This document shows, one piece after another, positions 1 to 20,800 of a DNA stretch of 64,000 bases. The stretch is from Amoebidium appalachense (taxonomy: Eukaryota > Protista > Ichthyosporea). The DNA is taken from NCBI GenBank assembly GCA_963693365.1, contig CAVNZM010000016.1, positions 5,510,543 to 5,574,542 on the forward strand. The letters are read 5' to 3'. Every line of letters starts with the position of its first letter. Position 1 is the stretch's first letter. Both the position numbers and the translations under genes were made by a program. The notes under the pieces are model-generated. The model made no database searches and had not been told where the DNA came from. It saw only the letters and a list, made by a program, of their open reading frames with translations.

Positions 1-434
1 CTATATGAAGTCGTCGAGGTGGTGGGAGAGCGCGCTGCTGAATGGGGTGTGTGCGTGGGTAGGTGCCTCTCGGTGTCTTCGTCACGTTGCGCAGATGGTT
101 CGGATGTTTTGGTAGATGTGCTCGGGGTGTTCTGTGGCAACGCACTATGGTGTGGATGAGTATAGTTTACGGGGGCTGTCTGGCCGTCAGGCACAACCGG
201 TTGGATGGAGCCGTTCGTGTTTACGGTTTTCAAGGAATGGCGCTCAAAGGATTCCTCTGCAAAGACTGGGGGGTGAGGATACGACCCTGGGTTCTGGATG
301 GTTATCTCCGTTTTCGAGTAGTGATGGAGAAGGGGTGTTTTGTCCGGTGTATATGGAGGTGTTGGTTGGCTTCCGCTGGCTTGGCTGTGTGTTTCGTTGG
401 AATCACTCGACAACGGGACTTCCTGGGCGTGTTC
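1..434 (-). CDS. Exon of an unknown S/T/P-rich protein, running off the window start
   Basis: Minus strand: branch-like CTCAC, then TTAACAG acceptor, then a frame open to base 1 (EHAQEVPLSSDSNETHSQASGSQPTPPYTPDK...RSPTTSTTSY). No recognisable domain; upstream exons not resolved. Confidence 0.45.
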
Positions 435-1644
435 CTGTTAACCCATGTTGTGAGCTAAAGCCCCTTTGCACGTGCACAGAACACGTAACTTCCTTGGTAG
501 TCAAACTCAAGATTAGTGTTACCTCAAGGACTCGAAGACACTAGAGACAAAAAAATAGATATCAGCACGGATACAAACATAGTTCTCGCGCCTTCCAGTT
601 TTTAGGACACGTTAACAAGCAAGGAAAACGAACATAACAGTTCCCTGTTGAGGTTGTGGGATATTCGTTTCGCTTGAGCTTATGTAAGCGCCTTGTTCCT
701 TTGAAAACAAAGATGAACACCACTACAAAAAAAAACTCTAGTATTCGCTGAAGCGCTCTCCACAAACAAATCCAGGATTGATTTTGGATAGAAAAGGTTT
801 TTTCTTTTCAAGTGGGTGTCGGAGATAGGCCAAGTCAAAAGCATCCAGAAAAGTGCTGGGGAAGGGGCCAAGAGACATACCATTGTTTCCCGAAGTGTTT
901 TCCACTGCAGTTTCTTGAAAACCTTTCAGTAAAAAAAGTAGCCCCTCGTGTTTAAAATCAACCAAACTAACCTAAAACGTCTGAGCACATTTTCTGACAA
1001 GTTGTCTGAAAAACGAACAGTTTTCTTGGGAGCCTGAAAAAAACTCTTTCAGCGGTTCTAGTAAGTCTTCCTACTGCCCAACAAAGTAATTTACATATCA
1101 CTCCTCTTTCTCCCTCGCACCTTCGTTTTTCTGTGTATGTGTGCGTGCGCGTGTGCGTGCGCGTGTGTCTGTGTGCGTGTGTGTTTTTTCTTTTTTGCTC
1201 TCTATCTCGTTCCTGAACTTTCGTTTCTACTTCTGACAAGTCACTTGTGAGGTTAAAAATAAATCTGGTGACGACATGCGGTCAATCACCCCAAACTTAT
1301 TCTTGTCGCAGTGTCCAACTCAGAACTGGCCTCTCGTGGTTTACTAGATATCCTGTCTTCACATGATTTTATTATTTTTTGCGTACTTTATACAGTATCA
1401 AACTCATATTAATGTTAATTTAGTGCTCCTTTAGGCTATTTAGCTATATAATGAATGTATGCAGTAATATTTGTGCATCAAACGCTATTTTGCTAAGCCG
1501 AAAATTGAAGACAGCATGCCTACACATGGGAGACATCAGAGTTTTGGAGGAACCTTGTGGTGCGTTGGAAACCACTCACATTTTTTTCGCTTTTTTTGGC
1601 TTATCTTTTAGAGTAGTGTAAAAAGTTATCCATTCTCAAACATG

Positions 1645-1736
1645 ATTGGTTTATCGGAGCAAGAAGGTTGTTGATTGGCTATTAACCTGACCCCAGCTGC
1701 TATATAAAGCTGATGCCCCCTCAGTCAAGTTCAGTC
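1645..1736 (+). promoter_or_regulatory. Candidate Pol II core promoter (two reverse CCAAT boxes, TATA box, Inr)
   Basis: ATTGG at ~1645 and ~1675, TATATAAAG at 1701, TCAGTC at 1731 (30 nt after the TATA), and AAAATG at 1794-1799. Confidence 0.4.
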
Positions 1737-1796
1737 ACGGTCCCACAGACACGTGCTAGTTTGCGAGCGTGGCGAATATATTTGAACACAAACAAA

Positions 1797-5333
<3,537 letters not shown>

Positions 5334-5741
5334 GTATGTGGCTGTAAAAATTTATGGGGCAATCTGGTTGGCTGATTATTCTTTAGTGGGGGATACGTAA
5401 GAGGTGTGTGTGTGTGTGCGCGGGGGGGGGGGGGGGGGGAGGGAGGGGGGGGGGGGGGGGGGGGGGGGGGTGGGAGAGTGAGAGGGAGGGGGATTGATCA
5501 GCTTGGAGCAAGAGGTCTAAGAGGGGGAAGAAAGGGAGAGAGGGGGGAGGGGGGGGGGGTGAGTTACGTTAAGGGGGGGGGGGGGGGGGGGGTAGGGGAG
5601 TGAGGGGATTGGGGGGGGAGGGGAGGGGGGAGAAGGGGGGGAAGGGATAGGTTATTACGCGAGTGTAGAGTTTGAGTGCATAAGCTGATGTATGCAAAGG
5701 GCTGAAAGGAAATAAGGGAGGGAGGTTAAAGGATAGGGTGA

Positions 5742-5772
<31 letters not shown>

Positions 5773-5956
5773 AGAAGGGGGAAAGGGATGGCGCAGGAAA
5801 AGGAAATGTTCTGGAAGACCAAGAAGGTAACAATGTGAAGGACTGTATAACTGACACCCAGCCCCCCGTCCCCTCCCCCCCCTCCCCCTACACCCCCTTC
5901 GCCCCTCTTCCTAACACACACATGCACACACATAAACAAACACACACATGCACGCA

Positions 5957-6077
<121 letters not shown>

Positions 6078-6169
6078 CACACACACATACCCTCTCCTCA
6101 ACTCTTCCCCTCCCCTCCCCCACCGTACACACACACATAGACACACAGTTACACACACATACCCTTCCC

Positions 6170-6200
<31 letters not shown>

Positions 6201-6430
6201 ACACACTGGCCACAAACACAGACACACACACGCGCGCACGCACACACACACACACACACACCAGCCCCATGGCCATGAATACTATCCCAACCCCATCAGT
6301 GACATATCCCCCAACGTCATTGACCTCACCAAAAGTCCATAATGAACTGAACTGCAACCCAAAAAGGGCCCCGAAAAAGTATGTAGACCACCCCCCCTTT
6401 CTTCCCCCCTACCTCCCCACCCCTTCTACA

Positions 6431-6464
<34 letters not shown>

Positions 6465-6471
6465 AAACACA

Positions 6472-6552
<81 letters not shown>

Positions 6553-6584
6553 GCACGAACGCACGCACGCAAGAACGCAAGCAA

Positions 6585-6627
<43 letters not shown>

Positions 6628-6675
6628 CTCACGCACTCACGCACACGCGCGCGCACACACGCACGCATGCACACA

Positions 6676-6786
<111 letters not shown>

Positions 6787-7113
6787 TCTTGAAATAGATG
6801 TAAATAGTTATATGCGCTATCCGACTACCTCTTATCCACATGTTCCCGCCTCCGACTTGGTTGAAAGCATTCATTCTTAGAGTCCATCCCCCCCTCCCCC
6901 CTCCTCCCCTACGCTATCACATCTCTATTCACCGTGTTTAGATTTTTAACCCCTTCTCTATTAGCATTCTTCTACCATCCATCTTGTCTCGCTATTGGCC
7001 TTTACTGACCCCGCCTTCCCACCACGAGAATCCATCCCCCCCCTCCCCCCCCCCTCCCCACACACACACACACACACACATCCCCCCAACCCACTCAACC
7101 ACACACAAACACA

Positions 7114-7147
<34 letters not shown>

Positions 7148-8758
7148 ACCCACCCACCCAATTTTGAGCATCCCTGTCGTGACATCTCTCTCAAAATCCA
7201 TTCGAAGCAGAGACATACTTTGAGACATACTTTGAGTACATGAACGGAGGTGTTGAGATCCAACTTCATCCCCATCATCAAATAATCAATGCCTAACCCC
7301 CACCTCCTCCCCCCTCCCCCCCCCCCCCCCCCTCCTCCTCTCTCCCTCTCCCTCCCCTCTCCCCCCCCCCCCCTCCCCCCACCCCCCCTGCGCCCGCCCT
7401 CTTTTCGACCTCAAGACCACACTCCCCCTCCCCACATTATTCCCCTGCTCACCGGGGGGAGAGGGGGCGGTTGGGGGAAGAAGGGGGGGAGGGGGGGGAG
7501 GGGGGAGGGGGGATGGAAGGGGGAAGGTGGTGCCGGTGGGGGGGGGGGGGGAGGGGGCACCTTCCACTCACCACCGGTATCACCTTCCCCCTTCCCCCCC
7601 TCCCCCCCCCCCCCCCCGTCCCCCCAACCCCCCCCCCCCCCCCTCCCCCCCCTCCCCTGGCCATCATCTCACTGCCTTCCAAAATTGATCCAACTACTAT
7701 CCCAGGATATATATCCTACTTTGTGCAAGTTGCTTTCTCCAAGCATCCTCATAAGAGTCTCATCTAACCCACCTCTATACCCAAATTCAATGCAGGTTTC
7801 TACAAGTCATTCTGCAGTTGACCTACAACTGCCATAAATGGTCCTCCCTGAGTGGTTGTCCCAAAACCAAATGGGTGCACACACCTAAAGGCAATCAGAC
7901 CTTTTCTTTTCCGGGAGGGGAGGAGAGGGGGAGGGGGGGGAGGGGGGGGAGGGGGGGGGGAGGGGGGGGGGAGGGGGGAGGGGCGGGAGAGGGAGAGGGC
8001 AGGGATAGGGGGAGGGAGGGGGAGGGGGAGGGGGAGGGGGATAACGGAAGAAATTGAGTTTATTCTCAAAGTTTTTTTTTTTTTTTGTTTTTTTCGGAGA
8101 GAGGGAGGGGAGGGCGGGGAATTGGGGAGGGGGAGGGGGGGGGGGGGAGGGGGGGTCGCATCTGGGTTTTGTTGGGGGACTCCGGGGGATGGGGGGGAGG
8201 GGGGGGGGGAGGGGGGTGCGCGGGGGGGGGGGGGGGGGGGGGGGGGAGGGGGGGAGAAGGGGGTTCGAAGGAAAAAAAGGTTGTTTTTGGATGTTTATAA
8301 AGGGCTGCAAGTTGTGCTTAATCTGGCTTGTAGTTGGTGAAGAGGTCAAAAGGGGGTACTAGATGTGAAATTTTCAAGTGTAACCGTTATTCAACGCGGG
8401 AGACAATTCATCTATAAATATACAGTATGGAATAAAAGAGTGCCAGATTATCACGAAGTTTCGTATGTATGACAATTTCACAGGCCTATCGTGTAGCCGA
8501 GTGAGTTGTTTGATAAAAAAAGCTGCTCCGGGGAGGTTTTGGGGGCTAGGTGGAGAGAAGGAGGGAAGGGGGAGGAGGGGGCGTATGGAAGAAAACGGGA
8601 AAGAGAAAAAGGTTGGGGGAGGGGGGGGAGAGGGGGAGGAGATCAAGAACGAAAGAGGAAATGAGAGAGAGAGAGAGAAGGGGGGGAGGGGGGGGGGGGG
8701 GGGGGGTGGACTGAGGGCGAGACGAGGGGAGGGGAGAGGGGGAAGGAAGGGGCCGGAT

Positions 8759-8789
<31 letters not shown>

Positions 8790-9559
8790 GTGGAAGAGAT
8801 TGGCGTATTGGACGGCAGAGAAGGGGTGTGTGTGTGTGTGTGTGTGTTGAGGGGGGGTGGGTGGGGGGGGGGGGGGGGGGGGGGGGGCGGGGTGGAGGGG
8901 GAGGTTACGAGGAAGAGAAACCGGAAAAACGTCTGCATGCTGCATTTCTTTGGTAAAATACTAGATGTCATTTCTGGATATTTGATGATCGGGATAATAT
9001 TGCTAAGGTCTTGTAACCAGGTCTCACCATTGCTCTCTACCATGTTCCCAAAAGCTCCAACTCTGATGACCACACTGTTCTCTGTTTCGTGAGCCATATG
9101 TTTCTAAGGATCTGGCAGTCGAATGTCAATGATTCATACGAATAGCCGAATTGTTTTCTGCACCCCCGTGTCATAAAGCCTAGCAAAATCTATGGTTGTA
9201 GGGGTCAACCCCCCCCCCCCCCCCCCTCCCCTCCCTCCCCCCCAACACACACACACACACACACACACCTCACACACACACAGACACACACACACACTCT
9301 ATGAATAGAAAAGAAAAGAAAAAGAAAAGAAACAAAAAGAAAAGGAAAAAGAAAAAGGCACACAGACATACGCACTCGCACCTCAGGGTAAATGACAAAA
9401 CTTAGGGATGTATACAGCACTTAGGACAAATTTTTAGCTGGCACATTAACGTACCAACACAAATTTAATTAATCAATATGGGCCAAGCCTCTGGCCGGTG
9501 GTTGTTGGGGGGGGGGAGGGGGGGGGGGGGGGGGGATGGGATGCATGTGCAGGCTGCGT

Positions 9560-10398
9560 GAACGAATCGGATATGTATGTACGGCACTTGTTCAGAGTGA
9601 CTCGAAGTCTACTGATCAGAATGGTGGAGGTGATTCCAATATAGAGGGGTTGTTTGAGATATGACTCAAGTGTTATAGATGGGGAGATTTTCACATTGGT
9701 ACGGCCCTCGCTCGGTCGAAAAATCCTCAATAACGAAATTTAAAGAGAAGCAGGGAAAAAGAGAAGATGTAAGGCCACTCATAAACACACAGGAGGGCCG
9801 GTGCGCACGGGTGCCAGCGAAAGCTAGATAATCCGTGCCCCCCCCCCCCCCCCCCTCCCCTCCTCCCCCCTCCCCCCCCCTCCTGAGGCGGCGTTTCTAA
9901 ACCACCACCACCATCACCACCACCTCCCCCCCCCCCCCTCCCCCCTCCCCCCTCTCTCTCCTCCCCCCGCCCCCCTCCCTCCCTTCCCACCCTCCCCTTA
10001 CACACACGTCCAACATGGGAAGAACACAGGCCTACTTCAGCTTGTCATCGTGTAGGTAGAATCTAAGATAGCACCTTTGACTAGGTTCCCTAGTCTAAAA
10101 ATACCTGTCTTCTCCCCTCCCCCCTCCCCCCTCAACACCTCCCTTCCTCCCCCCCCCCCCCCCCCCCCTCCCCTCCCCTTCGCCTCTTTTCTCTCTCTCT
10201 CTCTCACTCTATCTTCTCCCCCCCCCCCTCACCCACTCACCTACCCACCCACCCACTCTCTCTGGTTTTTTCACGTTCATAAAGCCGCAACGATGAGACA
10301 TAGCACTTTACACAAGGCTGATGGACCCCCCCAGATCATTCTACTTGCCCCCCCCCCCCCCCCCCCCCCCTCCCCCCTTCCCCCCCCCCCCCCCACCT

Positions 10399-10430
<32 letters not shown>

Positions 10431-10552
10431 TTTCCCCCGCCGCCGCTGCCGCTGCCGCCTCCCACTAGTTGCCCCTCACCCCTGCCACACTGCACACTCA
10501 GCCCATCTGTAGCTACACTCCGTTTCCCTTTACTGAAGTCACAACCAACCAG

Positions 10553-10588
<36 letters not shown>

Positions 10589-11079
10589 CACCCACCCACC
10601 CACCCACCCACCCACCCAAACCTCTTCCAGACCCCTCAAATATTTATGAGAGAATTATAAAAAGAAATGAAGAATGTATGAAGAGACTGTAAACACACAC
10701 CCATGCGCACACACTGTGACAGTCACACGAACCGCTGGCACACATACACATGCGTCACACGCTTACACACACACCATGCAATATCTTCCTTATGTGCTTC
10801 TACCCTTCCCTATGTCTACCCGATGCTTCACCTGCCCACTCCCCTCCTCCCCCCGTCTCCCCCCTCCCCCCATCCCCCCCCCTCCCGGGCACACACACGA
10901 ACACACACAGATACATCCGAAACACCCCCCCCCCCTTATCCCTCTTCCCCTTCACATGCTGCTTTCCAACCCAAACACACGCTATAATGCCCGAATTCCT
11001 ACCTGTTGCTAGGGACCCCATGCATATCCTCCTATACCTACCAGCCCCACCCTTCTACACCAGTTCCCGGCCAAAACAT

Positions 11080-11115
<36 letters not shown>

Positions 11116-11700
11116 CCCGCCCCTCCCTTCCTTTCTTCTTCTTAGGCTTTTGCAAAAACAATATGGTCCTAATTCGGGAGGATGCTCATGGGCATCATAG
11201 ATCCCGGTTACCCCCCCTCCCCCCTCCCCTCCCCCCCCCCCCCCCCCCCCCTCCCCTACGCCCCTCCCGCCCCACACACACACACACGCGCGTGCGTGCG
11301 ATGGGGGTACCCTCCTTCATCCGGGGTATCATCACATGTTTAAATATATTTATATGACATGATGCAGCCTGTGCTTTTTCGATAAAATGTTTGGTTATTT
11401 TTCCGGGTCAAGCTGTATGGAAAACTCTATTCACAGAAGCAAAGGATTTATGAACCCCGCATACCGTGGCAATCTGAAAGCTGCACACTGCTGCATAAAC
11501 GGTTTCATTTTGATAAAAGCAGTATTCTTATTTGTCGATGCCATGGCATGACGGACAGTTATGATACATGCAAATAGAGTCAAAACCACCACCCGTCTGC
11601 CAGTAGGTTAGAGCAGAAACGGGCTTTTTATATATAAGGCCTAGGGCCCTAATGTCTATTAACATATCTAAGTTGCACAAATTCAGACGGTGACTATAAT
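9560..11700 (-). mobile_element. Possible highly decayed Penelope-like retroelement fragments
   Basis: Minus-strand peptides LCNLDMLIDI...IYKKPVSALTY (~11600-11685; resembles the PLE RT FLD..I...YRKP...YL region) and PLYIGITSTILISRL (~9605-9650; resembles the GIY-YIG YIGxT..L..R motif), in RT-then-EN order. Broken by poly-C tracts; matches are short. Confidence 0.25.
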
Positions 11701-12159
11701 CAAGATATGCACAGTAGTTAATTAAATAAAGGTAAACAAGCAAAGTTTTCTACTTTGAAAGTTAAGAATGTAGCAGGGTCTGACCATGCCAAACCTGCAG
11801 GATCCATTATAATTAAGAACCTCCCCCCCGAGCTGCTCCCTTCCCCACCTTCCCCCCCTCCCCCAACCCCCCCCCCCCCCCCCCCCCCCTCCCCCCACAC
11901 AAACACACACACACACACCTACACCCAAAAATCCAACCCCACCCACCCACCCACCCACCCACCCACACAGACGGAGAAAATGGCTTGGCAAAAATTTGAA
12001 TTTAAGACTGTGACGTGAGGTTGTGATCGATGAAAAACTGCTTTGCATACATATTAACGATGATTTCCGAAATATATGGCGCAAAAAAAAACTTGAGTTC
12101 ATTCACCTCCTGGAAGCTTTCTACATCGGCCACACCAGACTACACATGAGGCGTTAAAT

Positions 12160-12949
12160 ACTTCTTGGTCCTGCCCACTCGCGTACCCAGTATCACAGCC
12201 CCAAGGCCGCGCACAAAACTATCCCCCAGCCCGGCCTTTAAATTTGCATACATGCGTTAGCGTTTTTCCCGGAATTTCCTCATATGACGAATTATCAGGT
12301 AGAAATTTTGATACACATCTTAGTCCGTGGCCCACACGTATAGCCACCACTGCAATCAGAAGGCCGCCCACAATTTTCCCCCGGGCCTGCCTTTGCGTAG
12401 ACAAAATCACCACCTTCGAATCCGCCACGCATGGCGCTTTTGGTCGAGATTTTGGTACACCTTTTGGTCCTTGCCCCACACGTATAACCAGCGCCACAAT
12501 CAGAAGGCCGCCCACAATTCTCCCCGGGCCGGCCTCTGCGTACACCGTGTCACGATCACCGACACCCTCGAAGCTGCCCAAGCAAGGCTAGCGATACTTT
12601 TCCGGCAGAGACTTTGATACACCTTTTGGTCCTTGCCCCACGAGTATCGCCATCGCTACAATCCGACGGACGCCCACAATTCTCCCCCGGGCCGGCCTTT
12701 GCATATACAACGCTACCATATTCGACTCTCCTCAAAGCGAATTTTCCGGTAGAGATTTTGATACACCTTTTGGTCCTTGCCCCACACGTGTACAAGCCAT
12801 CACCACAGTCAGAAGGCGGGCCGGCCAGCTTTGCGTATATGTCATCGTTGTAGCTGTCCAGGGAGCGAGGGTCCAACGTCCTGCCAGTGCTAGTACCGCA
12901 GAGTAGGGCGGTAGTGGCGAAAAACAAAACTAAAGGTCAGGCGAAACAT
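12160..12949 (-). pseudogene. Frameshifted secreted protein with 4-5 tandem Cys-rich modules
   Basis: Nucleotide repeat with periods 144/162/144 bp. Minus-strand unit VYAKAGPGENCGRPSDC(S/G)xG(Y/D)TCGARTKRC(I/T)KIS; signal-peptide-like start (MFRL../LVLFFATTALLCGTSTG). Several single-base frameshifts. Confidence 0.6.
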
Positions 12950-13021
12950 CGTGCAGCCGAGGCTTCAAACTTCCCGTCCGAGAGAAACGGATTTCATCTG
13001 GCTATGTCTGAAGTCTGTGTG

Positions 13022-13283
13022 GGTTTACGCTGTTTACTCGAGGCAAAGAGAAACCAGTCTCAGGTATGGGGGGGGGTTTTTGCTCGGAATATCCCCTCAG
13101 CGGTATATCATGAACACGTACATAGATGTCGGGTGATGACTATATATCAGGGTTTACTTTCTCTACGAGACACCATAAAGACTACAAGGAGAAATCAATT
13201 AGTTGGGGTTCCCCGTTTTCTTTTATTGTTTTTTTTTTTTTTTTTTTTAAAGGGGCTCCCCTGGGACACTCGGTATCAGCTGG

Positions 13284-13316
<33 letters not shown>

Positions 13317-13383
13317 TGTGTGTGTGTGCGCGTGCGCTATAATTTTGTAGTGATGTGTTTCTCAAGCCAATCAATACATCTAA
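13022..13383 (+). repeat. Dispersed repeat family 2, copy A
   Basis: GTTTACGCTGTTTACTCGAGGCAAAGAG...CCAATCAATACATCTAA, near-identical to 14013-14555, 15646-16210 (reverse) and 63853-63948. Confidence 0.85.
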
Positions 13384-14012
13384 ATCTGTGTGTCATGTGT
13401 CAGCTGTTCGCAACCAATCGGGCTTTTTATAGACGCAGGCTGTGATTCGGACACATTCCAAGGGAAAAACAAGGGATAAAACCGGTGATTGGTTTTCATG
13501 ATTTTTATTCAATCACACTGGGTACACCGGCGTAACACTACATGGAAATCCCCCCTCCCCTCCCCCCCCCCTCCCCTCCCCACGGGGTAAACAAATCCTC
13601 AACAGCCTGAGCCCCGCCCATTGCGGCTTCAATGTTCAAGGCTCTAACACAATATGAGTGCGTGTGGCATCGTAGTACTTCAGAATTTTGGTGCTACGTA
13701 GCCCTAATATTATAGCGCAAATGATTTCTTTATTTAAAAAATAAAAAAAATAAAAAAAGAAAAAAGAAAATGGGGAGCCCCAACTAATTGATTTTTCTTG
13801 TGTGTCCACGCAATAAAAAGTGTGTAAACCCCTGGGCTGCTGCAAATTCTTCAGCTACTTCTGCGCTGCGTGAGTGGAGGGGCGGCTACTTGGTCGTCGG
13901 GGAGCTTTCCAAGTGACTGCCAGTCCTTAACCTCCAGTCGTATGGCAATGACCGGGTTTGCTTGCATGCATTCTGTAATGAGAAGAGTCGAATCTACATG
14001 TATATATGTGGA

Positions 14013-16210
<2,198 letters not shown>

Positions 16211-16217
16211 CCCTTTT

Positions 16218-17115
<898 letters not shown>

Positions 17116-17838
17116 ATAATCACATTGCCTCCTCCTCCAATCATCGCTCGCGACTCAAGAACCAATCAAACAGCGTGGCCCGTTTACATTCCAAAAACCC
17201 CTAAACTTTTGCTGGGCTATGATAATGATGTACACACGAAAGAGCAGAACTATTCTCATTGTTTAGCAACTATAAACTGCTTAAGAACGAAGACTGGATA
17301 TCCGTACGATGTGCGCGTGCCTATCCATTTCAACATAATGCTCGGACTCCAGACTCTATAGATCTCAGAGAGGCTGGTTACTGGTAGGGAGAGATTCTAG
17401 GGGGATAGGGAATCTTTCGCGTCACCCAATCGGGAAGGAGCTCCAATTTCTCGTCGCCCGCACGGCGCAACTCTCGAATGAGAAGTGTTCTGCCCAGTTG
17501 GCGTCATATAAAACCCACTATGTCTTATGTATAATAATCAAATTTTACGCTTTTGGGGAAAAAATCAAAACAAAAAAAAAAACAAAAGAGATGTGTGAAA
17601 TATATTATATGGTAGCCGCGGGCCTGCCATTCCTAGGGCAGTTGCTTGCAACAGGAATTTGTGACGTCATACAGCTGAACCAATCGGAAGTGGCCGTCAT
17701 CTATACAAACTGAAGGTTATACTTAACGGCCGCTCTCTGGTTGACCGCCTCAGATTCATCCAAGCATCGAGCACTTCACCAGTACAAAAAAGGTACACGC
17801 CCACGCGTTTTCTATCGCCTAGAAACAAAACCGAAAAC

Positions 17839-19347
17839 ATGGCAGCAGCCGCCCTTGCACGTGCCACCACCCTGGTGACAGCTGGTCAGACCGCAGTGCC
17901 CACCACCCAGCCCGGCTACAGATACCCGCCTGACTGCATGAGTGCCATCTACTGTGAGGACGACTGCGACAAGTACAAAGGTGCAAACTATGCAAAGGTC
18001 TGTGCGGTGGCAAAGAAGGACGGCTTCCAGGACCTCTGGGAGCAGGTCCAGTCTCGCCCCGAGTTTTCCACCTTCTCCAGCCTTTTAAATTCTACCGGCG
18101 TGTACAAGAAGCTGGCAGCCAACGATACTTTCATTGCCGAGTTTGGTAACGTTCTGCGCGTGTACGCACCAACCAACGATGCCTTCGACCAGGTGCCCCA
18201 CTCCACGTGGGGCCTTCTGCAAAAGAACCCGGACATGATGCGTGACGTCATGAGGATGCACGTGGTCAAGTACGACCCCGACGAAGGGGCCGGCGGCACG
18301 TCTCTTCTGGGATATCCCGAGGCGCTCACTCTGTACGCCACTGTGGGCTACGGCGTAAACGAGCGCCATTTTGCACGGAACGACGCCTGCCCTTCACCCG
18401 CGTACCTGTCCCACGAACTTCTCCCAGGCGCCATGAACGGTGAGATTGTGCCCATTGACGGGGTGGTCATTCCCTGCAAGTTCCGTAACGGCACCGAGAG
18501 AATCGCAATGGCCACCGGCGGCATCCCCATTGAGAATGGCAACGAGGACCTTGCAAAGTTCAAAGACCCCCTCGTTTTCTGCAAGCCACCAAAGGCCCCT
18601 TCGTCCAAGCTCCAATACTTTGCCAAAACCTTTGACGCCAACAAGAGTTTCCCTCTCAACCTCGGCAACGGCAACAACAAAGTCACCGGAGCGCCCATCA
18701 CCGAGATCAGAATAGACTCGCACGATGAAATGGAAAACCAGCAGGTGGCCGGACGGTTGACCGCCTGGACGTGTGTGGACCTTAAGAAGCCCAGAGGCAT
18801 TAAGGAGACGCGGTGTGTGCACACTGATGGTACCCGCGGTGACCTGGGATTTACCCCCGAGGAGGGTGTCGTCGAGTCTGTGAGCTTGGCCTATGAGAGC
18901 TCGTGCGGTGGCCGCACGGCATTCACCCAGCTGACAGAGGGGGTGGATGTTACAAGCGAGGGGGATGACTCTGAGAACTGGGGTTGCAAGTGGGACAACT
19001 ACACCGACCGAATCTACAACGTGCAGCTTTCAAACATCACCACTGACTATTTTCTGGGCAACGCTTTGGCCACTGCCGCCGCGGTCACATGGGACCTCAA
19101 GCCCAACACAAAGAACGAGAACCCCATCACCTCCGTGGAGACGTTTGTGTGCCTCGGGTGGACGGATGAGAAGGCGCAGAAGGCGGAGTCTGTGTGCGAG
19201 GCTGTGGGCGACAAGGCCAACGGGGAGTATGTGCTGACCGTGCAGGTGCCGAGGGAGAACATGACCGTGTGGGCGGCGGTGAGGCAGCGGTCCACGTGCA
19301 CACACACGGTCTACTCAAAGACCGTGGTGGCTCCTCCTAGAAACTGA
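17839..19347 (+). CDS. Fasciclin (FAS1) domain protein, 502 aa, intronless CDS, with an uncharacterised Cys-containing C-terminal region
   Basis: Long ORF with strong GC3 bias. FAS1 motifs FSTFSSLL, VYAPTNDAF (H1), MRMHVV and NGEIVPIDGVVIP (H2-like). Many N-x-S/T sequons, consistent with an extracellular protein. Confidence 0.8.
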   Translation: MAAAALARATTLVTAGQTAVPTTQPGYRYPPDCMSAIYCEDDCDKYKGANYAKVCAVAKKDGFQDLWEQVQSRPEFSTFSSLLNSTGVYKKLAANDTFIAEFGNVLRVYAPTNDAFDQVPHSTWGLLQKNPDMMRDVMRMHVVKYDPDEGAGGTSLLGYPEALTLYATVGYGVNERHFARNDACPSPAYLSHELLPGAMNGEIVPIDGVVIPCKFRNGTERIAMATGGIPIENGNEDLAKFKDPLVFCKPPKAPSSKLQYFAKTFDANKSFPLNLGNGNNKVTGAPITEIRIDSHDEMENQQVAGRLTAWTCVDLKKPRGIKETRCVHTDGTRGDLGFTPEEGVVESVSLAYESSCGGRTAFTQLTEGVDVTSEGDDSENWGCKWDNYTDRIYNVQLSNITTDYFLGNALATAAAVTWDLKPNTKNENPITSVETFVCLGWTDEKAQKAESVCEAVGDKANGEYVLTVQVPRENMTVWAAVRQRSTCTHTVYSKTVVAPPRN

Positions 19348-19796
19348 ACAATTGACAAGATATTTGTCACTAACTAAAATTCATGAGTTTGCTAATTCAA
19401 TAGCTAGGCTATATATTGAATGATAGTTGAAAGATGTGTTAGCCTACAGCATGGACGATACTGTGAGCACAGTATATATGCTACCCTCCACCCGATTTTT
19501 TAGAAGTATGTTTTTGCTACTTTTTGTCAATCCAATAGACAAGCTAAACATCTTTCACAATGACGATACATTATTAAAGTATATTTAGAACAACTGGGGA
19601 AATTTGTTTCATAGTGTACCCAAATTTGTCACTGTCGACATGTGTATAACAATAAATAAAAAAACAGACTGTTTACAACCACTCGCTGAAGTATCATGTG
19701 TTGCTTCACAACGAAATCGTCCAATTACGGGCCAACAATGCCTGACATTTCCCGGTAGTACATCCCTCTCGCTTTCCTTTCCTCTCTCTTCCCGAG

Positions 19797-20800
<1,004 letters not shown>

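Noticed and set aside
7690-7885. Minus-strand frame with in-frame TGA (possible selenoprotein)
   Set aside because: No selenoprotein motif, no SECIS seen and no recognisable homology; more likely decayed sequence.
12244-12850. CRISPR-like array or FNIP repeats on the plus strand
   Set aside because: Units are ~144 bp, no cas genes are present, and the minus-strand reading gives a better conserved Cys pattern with a leader peptide.
13860-13920. Tyrosine-recombinase-like LRxxSGGAAT peptide
   Set aside because: No HxxR motif and no supporting ORF; chance match.
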